64,000 bases of DNA from Proteromonas lacertae. Taxonomy: Eukaryota. The position numbers and the translations under genes are program-made. Location of the stretch: the NCBI GenBank assembly GCA_002245135.1, contig NGBS01000590.1:124001-188000 (forward strand), read 5' to 3'. Under the pieces are notes generated by a model. It saw only the letters and a list, made by a program, of their open reading frames with translations. It ran no database searches and was not told the origin of the DNA. Shown here in pieces: positions 37,164-48,102 of the stretch. Positions within the stretch are counted from its first letter, which is position 1. Each line of letters starts with the position of its first letter.

Positions 37164-40100
37164 ATGCCTCGTTGTATTAACTGTCAGAGAGATTTAGCAA
37201 ACGATTGTTTTAGTAATAAACAATTGAAGAATAAAGCTGGACCTAAATGTGTGGATTGTGTCTCTGGTAAGATTCTTCCCAAAAGTGATAAGCCTGCAGA
37301 GCCAGCTCCTCCACCAGAAAAATCTAATCCTCCACAAGCAACTCAACTTCCCTCAAAATCTGCTGTGGAACCTAGTAAACCTAATTATGCTGATAACAAA
37401 GCTGTCCAACAAGCGCCAGCATGGGGAATGAATCAAAAACAAAATAACTATCAGCAGCAGGGGAAATCAGGTAAAAAACCTTATCAACAACCAAATCGAA
37501 ATGGTAATAGAAATATCCACCAAAAACCAGCATGGGGAGCTAATCCAGCTGAGCAGCCGATTGTAGAGCCAGTAACTAAGCCAACTGAACAGCCTCCACC
37601 TCCATCAGCTACATTAACAGATACACTGTCGTTACCAGCAGTAGAAAAAGCTTCAGATGTTAAAGAAGAGAAGAAGGCAGAAAATCCATACAGAGATCTA
37701 GAAATATATACAATTAGTATATTAATTTATTATAATTACATATATATATATATATAGGTGCTACTGATCCAAGAAGACCAAATATTCCAGTAAAATACAC
37801 TTTCAAAGTGTTTGCTAATATGTTTAAGATTGATATAAGTCACATGTGTCAATTTATTAATCATTATGACTTATCCATCACAGTTCCATCTGCAAAAACA
37901 GATGTTAAAGTAAAAGATGAGATAATTGCGCAAGTATGGAAGTTTATTGAAACTCAATTAATTCCAAGTTATAATCTAACTCCAAAACCTTTATTAATAT
38001 TTGATAGTAAAAAGAACATATTAGTAAATCAAATAATTCCATTTCCAAATGATTGTTTTGAAGCAGATGTATATATTATTATTATTATTATTAATTATAT
38101 TTATATATTTAAATTAGATGGATATAAAAATGAACAATAAAACAACAACATATCATATAAAGATTACTTTAGTAGATAGAAACATTGATATGTATCATAT
38201 ATTACAATATCCAGCCAAAATCAAAGACTGTCCATTATTACAATATTCAATATTGGATAATATATTCGCCTATTTCAATTCAAAGTTTTACCTTAAAGTT
38301 GGTGCAAAGTATTTTGATCCGCGTAACAGAACTCCTCTTGGTAAAGGTGCAGAAATATACGATGGATTTCATCAAGGAGTTCGAAGGATTCAAGCTGGTA
38401 ATGCAATTAATGTTGATATAGCAAATACTGCATTTATTGAAGCTTTACCAATACCTCAATTCATTGAGCATTTATTCACAGATAGAAGAGGTGAATTCTC
38501 ACTTAGAAGTTATGAAAATAGACATGGAAAATGTTGTTTAGATAGAAGACAAATTAAGCAATTGAAAGGTGAAATAAGTAATTATTTAGTAATATGTAAA
38601 CATCAAGGATTTGCACATCAATATAGAGTGATGGGAGTAAGTGAAAACTCAGCAGATCAATATGAATTTGAAATAGAAAAAGGTAAAAAAACAACAGTTA
38701 GCCAGTATTTTGTAAATCAATATAACATAAAATTAAGATATCCAACTTTACCCGTATTATTATTAGGAGGTAACAAGATAGCAATGCCAGCAGAGTTATG
38801 TGTGATAAAAGAAAATCAACGAAGAAAAAAGAAGGTATCAGATGAACAACAAGCTACAATGGTTCGAGAAACTGCAAAACGCCCTGCTGATAGAAAGAGA
38901 ATAATAATGGATATTTTAAAGAACAATCAAAATATTTATTCATCACTAAACAAAGAAATGGGAATAAATGTAGATACAAAGTTTATGGAATGCAATGCGA
39001 TGTTATTAGATGAACCAAAGATAAAATATGCAAATCAAATGGTTGATCCAAATAATGGAGGTTGGAATCAGAAAGGTGTAAAATTATTGAAACCAATGGA
39101 TTTAAATAGTTGTGCAGTGATTAACTGTGATTATAGGTTTAATGCCAAAGATGGAATAACGAGATTTTTCGAGATGGGTGAAAGAATGGGAATTAGAGTG
39201 CCAAGAAATACACCACCAATATATAATTATGATAATCGTAATGGATATAATGAAATTTACAATATATTTGATAGAATATTTCAAAAAGGTGAAGTACAAA
39301 TTGTATTTGTTTATATCCCAAGAAGAGAAACAGAGATATATACTCATATAAAGAAAGCTAGTGATTATCATAATAAAATTCCATCTCAAGTAATGGTAAC
39401 TTCAAGTGTTTTAAAAGGAAGAGATCAATATTCATCAAATGTATGGTTAAAAGTAAATGGTAAATTAGGAGGAATCAATTTCACAGCAATGCCTCCAAAA
39501 CCAGCATTAAAGAATCCATTGACTGCAGTTCCAACAATATTATTAGGAGCTGATGTTACTCATCCAAGTCCTGGTACAAATATGAAATCCATTGCTGCTG
39601 TTGTATGTTCTACAGATTTAGAAGGTTTAAGAGTAGCTAGTGAATGGAGATGTCAAGAAAGCAGAGTTGAAATTATTCAGAATTTAGGAGATATTGTTGA
39701 GAAATTCTTAAAGAATTGGATTAAACATAATCCTAATGTTGTACCAAAGAGAATTTTATTTTATAGAGATGGTGTTAGTATTAGCCAAAGACCTATAGTA
39801 CAAGAAGAAGAAATACCTTTAGTATCAATGGCTATTAAAAAAGTGTTTGGTGATAAAAGTGATATTAAATTAACTTTCTTGTTGGTTAGAAAAAGACATC
39901 ACGTTAGATTTTTCAGTGAAGATAAACGATTTGTTGATAGAAATGGAAATATTGTAAGTGGAGCTGTGATAGATAATAGTGTATGTAATCCTGATGGATA
40001 TGATTGGTATTGTTATTCTCATGGAGGATTACAAGGAACGAGTAAACCAACGTTATATGATGTTTTATACGATGAAGTGAAGTGGGATCCAAACGATTTA

Positions 40101-40316
40101 TATTTAACAACCTATTGGCAATGTTTTACATTTATTCGAAGTACGAAAGCAGTATCAATTCCTCCAATGGCTTATTATGCTCATTTAACAGCATTTAGAG
40201 CAAGATACTTGACAAAAGTAGATGATTCCACTTCAGTTGTTTCTGGTGGTAGTGAAGAAACTGATACATCAGTATTAATGGCTCCATCTATGTATAACGT
40301 GATGTATTACATTTAA
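37164..40316 (+). CDS. Argonaute (AGO clade) paralogue B: N-terminal C4 zinc finger, intact DEDH slicer
   Basis: Two introns; GADVTHP, QESRVEII, YRDGVS, YYAHL, LKVNGKLGG, C-terminal MYYI. Confidence 0.95.
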
Positions 40317-40423
40317 GTAATTATTGGTATAAATAAATATATTTCTTTATAAAAGAATTGATGTGAATATAATAATACTCTATTATTACAACATATAATA
40401 ATAATTAAAGCTATGTAATTATT

Positions 40424-42161
40424 TTAGAAATCTACTGTTACATTCACTTCTTTTACTGCACCACTTGTCTCTCTTATTCCTACAACCAATACACCATTTT
40501 CATTAATTGACATAGTAACATCTACTTTAATTTGACCAGCTGGTTTTCTTGGAATATTTGGAATTAAACATTCTCTTAATTTATGATTAGCAGAAGCCTT
40601 CTTATCTTCACCTTCATAAATCACTACATTAATTGATTCTTGATTATCTGACACTGTGAAATATCTTTCAGTATTTGTAGCTGGAATTGGTTTATTTGCT
40701 TCTAATATAACAGACATTTTATCACCTAAAACAGCAATTCCAAGAGAATGAGAAATAACATCATGAATAATAATTTTACCTCCTCTATTGTTTGAAATTG
40801 GCACTTTAAAACCATTATTACTACCATCAACAACAACTTTAGAGCCTTTTGTACCACCAGTTGCTGATTTTACTACGACTTTTGCACCACTACTCTTTGG
40901 AATAACACCTTCTGGTGGTTCAATATTGTTAGCTCTAGCAACAAAATTACCTGTTTTTGTATCAATTATCACTTTAGCTCCATTTGGATATGTCTTTTCT
41001 TCACATCCTCTCACTAAATCTTCTGCTAATAATGCAGCTCCAATAGCTACAGCTTCATCTGGATTGATATCTTTGTTCAAAGTCCTACCAGCAAAACATC
41101 CTGATAACATTTCTTGAACCTTAGGAATTCTGCTACTTCCTCCAATTAATACAACATCTTGAATACTTTCTTTTGACAATCCACTATCTCTTAATGTCTT
41201 TTCTACTAACTCAATTGTTCTATCAAATATTTTTTGATTTAATCGATTGAATAAAGGTCTAGTTAAGGTTGTATCAATATCATTATCTTCTAAAATATCA
41301 ACCTCTATATCTGTTTCATTCATTTCACTTAGTAAACATTTTGCTTCATCACATGCTTTTCTTAATTTGTATAACTTCTTTGGGTCTTTCATTATGTTTA
41401 TTCCAGCATCACTTTGTAATTTTTCTGCATAATAATTCACTAAATTTGAGTTGATATCTTCACCTCCTAAATGAGTATCACCTCCTGTTGCTTTTACTGT
41501 GATCTCATTATTCTTTACTTCGATTATACTGACATCAAAAGTACCACCACCAAAATCATACACTAAAATAGTTGAATTAGATTTCTCTTTTACATACTTA
41601 TAACCATAGGCAATAGCAGCGGCTGTTGGTTCATTTATAACTCTCAATACATTCAATCCTGCTAATTCACCAGCTTGAATTGTTGCTCTTCTTTGATCAT
41701 CACTGAAATAAGCTGGAACTGTAATAACAGCATTCTTTGTATCTGCAGCTGCTTTACCTGTTGATTCAACTGCTGAATTAGCTAATTCTCCAAGAACATA
41801 TCTTGATATTTCGTAGGGAGCGAAATCTTTATCTGCTCCATTTACTTTTACTCTAATTTTTGGATTATTATTAGTCATTAATTACTTTAAAGTTCCAATG
41901 TTTTATATCTTCCTGAACAGCAGGTTCATTAAACTTATGACCTATTAATCGCTTAGCATCAAAAACTGTTGAATCAAGATGAGTAGCAATATCATTTCTA
42001 GCCAGTTCACCTACTATGATTTCACTTCCTTTGAATTGAACGTAAGATGGAATAGTTCGCTTACCAGTTCTGCTTTGCACTACAGTGGTTTTTCCATCAA
42101 CTGCATAAGCCAAGCATGAGTTTGTAGTACCTAAATCTATTCCAAAAGTGAATAAAGGCAT
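40424..42161 (-). CDS. Atypical Hsp70: NBD + expanded linker + SBD-beta, no helical lid or EEVD; intronless; +1 frameshift at ~41874
   Basis: GIDLGTTNSC, TVPAYF, INEPTAAA, DFGGGTFDVS, GGSSRIPKVQ, NPDEAVAIGAA, TVSDNQ; ends at EVNVTVDF*. Confidence 0.9.
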
Positions 42162-42292
42162 TTTTAGATTTTAGGGAACTTTTTTGGTTGTATTAAAATG
42201 TATTTACAGTAGAATAAGATGAACTGAACTAACTAATTATTTGAGATAAAGTTATTTATCCAATACACACACACAGAATATCAAGTAGAAAA

Positions 42293-45200
42293 TTATGTTC
42301 TTCTCATATTTAGAACCATTAACGCATTTTCAGCTGCTTTTATCTCTGCATTGCTTTTGAATTTACTTATAGCACAGCCAACACATTCTTCATTTACTTT
42401 CACAGTTATTTTCGACTTTTCACCTAAATCTTCTTTTTCAAATACTGCAGGAGGTAAATTATTTGCAGATAGATAATGCTATTCATAATTATAAAACATA
42501 TAATTATACAGATAACTCAGTAACAGGATGTTTCGGTATATTCAGAGGTGAAATATTCTTCAGCAATTGTTCATATATTCTATTAACTACTTTTTGTGCA
42601 GTGAATAAAATTAAGGTAAATAATATAAATATAAACATTCATTAAAAAACAAAAGGATATCTATAATAACCTCCATCTATTAAAACTGCTCCAATTAATG
42701 ATTCAAATATATCAGCAAGTACTTTTGGAGTATCAACACCAGTTCCCCATTTACTGTGATCATATTTTCTACTTGGTTTTTTAGATGGACATAATGGTGA
42801 TATTTCAAGAAATTCATAGCCATTGCCATAATTAATATTGCCATCTATTAATTCACTGACAAAATCTCTTATATTATCATCCACTATACTTTTTGAGTTT
42901 CTTATAAATTGATTTATTCCTAATGATGCTGATATATAAGCTAATGTTTCGTTGTTGGTTAAATAACTCTTAATTTCTATACAAATAATAATAATAATAA
43001 ATAAATATTCATACCTGTCAATTGTTGTATAGTTAAATCAGTATACTGCATTGTCCATCCATTCGAGAATAATGTAATCTAAAAATGAATCTCCTATAAA
43101 TTCTAGTGTTTCATAATTACTAGATTCATATGTTATAACAGATTTCAAAGTAAAAGCTCTTTTTAATAATTCTGTATTTATAAATGAGTATTGGATTATA
43201 TTCTCTACATCACGCACCCATTTCTCTTTATTCTTTATATTAATATTATAAACAAAGATTCCACTATCCATATTGTTGTATAAACACTTCTTTATCATAT
43301 CAAGTAATGGTTGTTGGTTAGAATGCATCATAATTTCATTAAAACAATTAAAAGCACTGGTAAGTCCATCTATTATTATTATTATTATTAAATTATAAAT
43401 TTATACAATTCAAATCAATGAAATAAATAATTGCAAATAATGCTGATTTTAGTGAGGATTCTGGAATTTCTGTTTCTTCCTTACAATTTGTAAACATTGG
43501 AATCCATGACTTTGGCATATTTGCAGATCTAATAACTCTAAATAATTATTAATAATGATAATATATATACTCATATAGTCTCAAATATTCTGCAGTTTCT
43601 TTAATATGCTTCTTAGTAAACATCTTATTCCTCTCTGATGATAAAAATGATGCTGTTTCTGATGAGTATTGATAATAAAGTAATAAACTAAGCAAAAACC
43701 TATATAAACATTCATAAAATAATGAATATACTTTGTTAGAATATTTCCTAAGCTAGAATACTTCTCATAATTGTAATCTTCATTATAAGAATAAGGAGTT
43801 AAACAATTAACTATCATATTAACATCATCTACACCATATGCTGTTCCAGCATTTAATAATTTCTTTTTCAATTGAGAAAACCTTGTTGCATATTCATATT
43901 CATAAGCCACTGATGGTAAGAAAGGCATAAGTTTCATTTCATCACAACTTCCACAGCAAACAGTACAAAATTCAGGTAAGAAATAGTAATAATCATTTGA
44001 ATATGTATAATTATTAATCAATAACACACATTTTACTGCAGTTTGATCATCTCTACAAGCAAAACCATATTTACTAAAATATAACTCTCTAAAGGATGTT
44101 TGACAAAGACTATCTTTTATATAATCTGGACTAATATCAGTTATTTCAACTACTTTATATAAATTCTCTGAAGAAGAATCTGTAAAATCAAGTGATTCAT
44201 GAGATATAATCCAATCTTTACAATCTTCTTCTCTTTTGATATGAAACAGTAATTTATCCTCATATTTTCTTTCAACTACTGGTAATAACACTTTAACTTG
44301 AAATGCAATAAATGGATTTTTAAATAAACCCATTTCATAGAACAAAATGTTTCTATCTCCATTTAATTTACATAAATAATATTGTTTACCAACTGAGCAA
44401 TCATAACTGTTAGTAGTACAATTGTAACAACCCAAAATATTCAGAGTATATGACTTTAAAGACGAAATATCATCATTATCCAATTCTATTGATTTATAGT
44501 ATGACCATTTTCCATTATATTGTTGATTGCTATTGACAAATGTAAAATTATAATTAATATTTTCTTTAGATTGACATATAATTCCATAACAATATTTACA
44601 TACATTTGCATTATCAGCAGAAGTACAAGTTAGTGTGTATAAATGATATGTAGAAGATGAGTTCAACTTAAAATATGAAGAATCTATTTCATATTTTACA
44701 ATTTTTGCTTCTCTCGTCATTATACTCTTCTATTTTAATAGTAAATTTATATATATACTGATTCTTTTGGTTGAATATCTGATATTACAACTACATTTGA
44801 CTGACTTTTAAACGGATATAGAAAAGGAGTTACGATTCTCTTTTCATACATTTCGATACAGAATTTGTAATAGATATTTATCAAAGCATATTTCTTTGAT
44901 ATTGACTAATAGAATAATATAACAAATAATATATTTTATATATACTACATCACTCTCAATTTCATTAATTGGAGAATTACTACTAAATATTGCTTTGATT
45001 CTACAATGTTCATTATCTATTATTCTCTTATATTGTAATTCTGGCTTTCTATTCATATATATATAATGATAAATATTATACTCAATTCTTAAAAACGAAA
45101 GTAATCTATAAAATAAATATTGGCAATTAAAAGATGTGATAGTTTCACCAGTTTCTCTAATAACATAACTTAATAATTGCTTATCATCAATATAAGTTGT

Positions 45201-47828
45201 ATAATTCGTTGATTTATAACCACTCTTATCATTCTTGTCTATAAACACATAATATTGATTATTATAACCACTGCTAATCTCTTTCTCTGTTTTTATATCA
45301 TTTATAGGTATATTAATATCATCCAATCGTATTACAACATCATAAACTGAAAAAATAATGTCTTTATATAATTCTTTTGTAGATATTAATATATTATAAT
45401 TATCCTATATAAAATAATAATAATACCTTAATAAAAATACATTTTCAAATTGATTTACATACAACTGCTGATTGATTTTACCAATTACTATCACTTTATT
45501 AATATTATTATCAGCAAATACTGACCAAAGTATGTTTGCATATATATTTTGTTTAACGAATATGATTATTTTAATCTTACAATTATCTTCAAGCAGTTTG
45601 TATATTAATTTCAATAATTTGTTTAATTTATCACTATAACTTTCATATCTTGATTTAGACAATATCATATTCAATTCTGCTGGTACACTTATTACATTAC
45701 TGTTTTTAAGATCATTTATGTAATTAACACATGGAGTTATTCCAAATGTGATTAAAATATCTTCAACTTCTTCATATACTCTATTTCTCTTTTTTAGTCT
45801 ATCTAAACAATCTTTCATTTGATTTATTTCTAATGATTCATCTTCTTCATAAGTAATAATATCTTCCATAACCATATTTTTATTTATTATATCTTTTATT
45901 TCTTCATCATCATTTGGTAATACTTCGTATTTACTTTCCTATTTTATAATATGAATTTATATAATATCATACTATTCGTATTGGTGGAGATGTTGGAGTT
46001 GGTGATGGAGTTGGTGTTTCACTTGGAATAGTTGGAAGTATTACATTTGATAGAATTTTTGTACATTTTATACATATTTCAGTAATAGTTGACATATATG
46101 TGTTTAACTTTTGACAATTATTCAATTCATCATCGTCGTAAAACACTACATCTCCATATTTAATGAAGGTAAAATCATTATTCCCTTTAGGTTTATTAAC
46201 GAAATTATTATAAAGGTATTCTAAAACTTTATTAAATGTATTGATCATTATTTCTTTCCATAAATCAAAATAATTAACTATCTTTATAGTAATATCCTAA
46301 TAGAAATAAATAAATAAAAACTATACATCTTTAGCAGTATCTTCTGATAAACAAAATTCAGATTGGAATGAGTAATTATTATACTGACATTCTATTCTGA
46401 AAACACTATATGTACTAACTATGGATGGAGAATTGAATATTAATTCAGGTTGTTTCTTATTATAATTATTACAATATAAAGTAAATAAATAATATAAATA
46501 ACACTTGTCAATTTCACTTGAATTTGGTGGGTCTGTTAAATTAATAGATTGAAAGGGATTTGTTGATGAAGTTATAAATGTAGATGTAGAGGAAGAGAGT
46601 GTAGATTCAATTAAATTACTATTGGATGTAGATGCAATTGTAGATTTAGGCATAGATTTTATTGAATATGAGTCTTGAGATTGAATAAGTGAAGTAGAAG
46701 GTTGTTGTTGAAATGATTGAGTTGGTAGAATGTTAAATGGTGGAGATTGATATGATGGAGGTTGTTGTTGTTGTTGTTGAAATTGTTGTTGTTGGAATGA
46801 TGGAGGTTGACATTGTTGAGATGTTTGATATTGATATTGATTATATTGTTGCTGTTGATATGGATTTTTATTTTTCAACTCTTTATAATAGTTATAAACA
46901 TCTTCAGCAACTTTCTAACAATAAATAAATAAATATATAATAATAATAATACTTGATTAGCTGCGTTTTTTGACCTTAAACTACGAGTAAATAATTTTCC
47001 ACACCAAGTGCATGTTGCTGTAAATGAGCCATTATCTTCTAATATCCTATCATTATTATGTAAATAACAAAATATACATTATATTTGGCAAATCATAACC
47101 ACTTTCTTGTATTTCTTTAAACATAGATTCTTTATTCAAAGGAGTGGAAGAATGAAATATTTTATTTGGTATTATTGGTTCAGTTGATGTAACATATTGC
47201 ATGTAAGGATTAACAGGAGCTGATTTAGTCATTGGGTCTAAAGGAGTAAAAGATTTTGGAGAATCAAAAGTTGGTACTGTTTTATTCATTATGCAAGAAG
47301 GATTAGAAGGTTTGACAGGAGTTTGATTCGGGATTTGATTTAATTGTTGAATTCCCGATTTAGGATATCTTGTGTTTTCTGGCGAATCTAAAAAAAGTAA
47401 TGCCTTTTGCGCTACTGCTTTTTCAGCTTCTTTTTTACTATTATATTCTTTATCTGTCTTAAATGTTCGATCAAAACATTCCACTGTACATTGAAAGTAA
47501 CTATTGCCTTTTTTGTTGGTTGGATCAGGAACAGGTATGTGCTTAAATTAATTAAAGATTTAAATAATTGTATGAAAAATTAAAAAGGATATTTATAATT
47601 AAGTTTGGAATTCATTTTATTTTTCTGTAAATACTGACTTAGCATTGATTTATAATCTTTTAGCTGTGTGTCTTTCGGTATATTTGCTTGTACTGGAAGA
47701 GTTTGTATATTAACATTGTTTTGGACAACCGGCTTAATAGGATCGCTAAATTCATTTAAATTATTAAACTGCTGAGTATAAAAATACTACTACATAAAAG
47801 AATATAAACATACACTTTGCATATCCAT
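42293..47828 (-). CDS. Dicer-like protein: 3 N-terminal dsRBDs, degenerate Hel2i/Hel2, DUF283, platform/PAZ, inactive RNase IIIa, active RNase IIIb, C-terminal dsRBD; +1 frameshift at ~43053
   Basis: About 15 introns traced from ATG 47828 to TAA 42293-42295. PAZ/connector SFRELYFSKYG...FLPEFC...FLPSV; RNase IIIb NYETLEFIGDSFLD and PKVLADIFESLIGAVLID; final HPVTEL...SNAEIKAAENAL. Confidence 0.88.
42601..42660 (-). other. U12-type AT-AC intron (60 nt) in Dicer, at the end of RNase IIIb
   Basis: Donor ATATCCTTTT, branch TACCTTAAT 9 nt before a terminal AC; removal gives AG|T and IDGGYYSAQKVVNRIY, skipping two in-frame stops. Confidence 0.9.
47543..47592 (-). other. U12-type intron (AT donor, ambiguous acceptor) inside Dicer dsRBD1
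   Basis: Donor ATATCCTTTTT, branch-like TCTTTAAT. As assembled, the frame requires an AA end at 47543 (or AT at 47537); AG or AC ends would need one more A before the donor. Confidence 0.75.
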
Positions 47829-48102
47829 TAGCTATAAATTTAAATTAAACGAAGGGTAACTATTAATATGTATATTATTCGGAAGTAGAAAAATATATGT
47901 ATAAGTAGAAAAAATGTATAATTAAAATCAATAAAAAAAGCTTGACTTCAATGTGAATGTCAAAGTCCATTTTACATATTTCTACTCAACCAATCAATAT
48001 TATTATGATTTGTTATATTTAATGTTATAAAAAAATAAAAAGTTAATAAAAATGATCATTTTTATTTAACAATATGTTCTACATTAAGATTTCTCAATGG
48101 AC

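Noticed and set aside
43015..43046. Possible GT-AG intron (gtatactg...tgacag) explaining the Dicer frame break
   Set aside because: Splicing it does not restore the frame, and it would delete YTDLTIQQLT, which aligns with the RNase IIIb YPDLSPGxLT motif.
47883..47921. Imperfect ~20-nt tandem repeat AAGTAGAAAAA...TGTATA upstream of Dicer
   Set aside because: Only two copies in AT-rich DNA; no support for a function.
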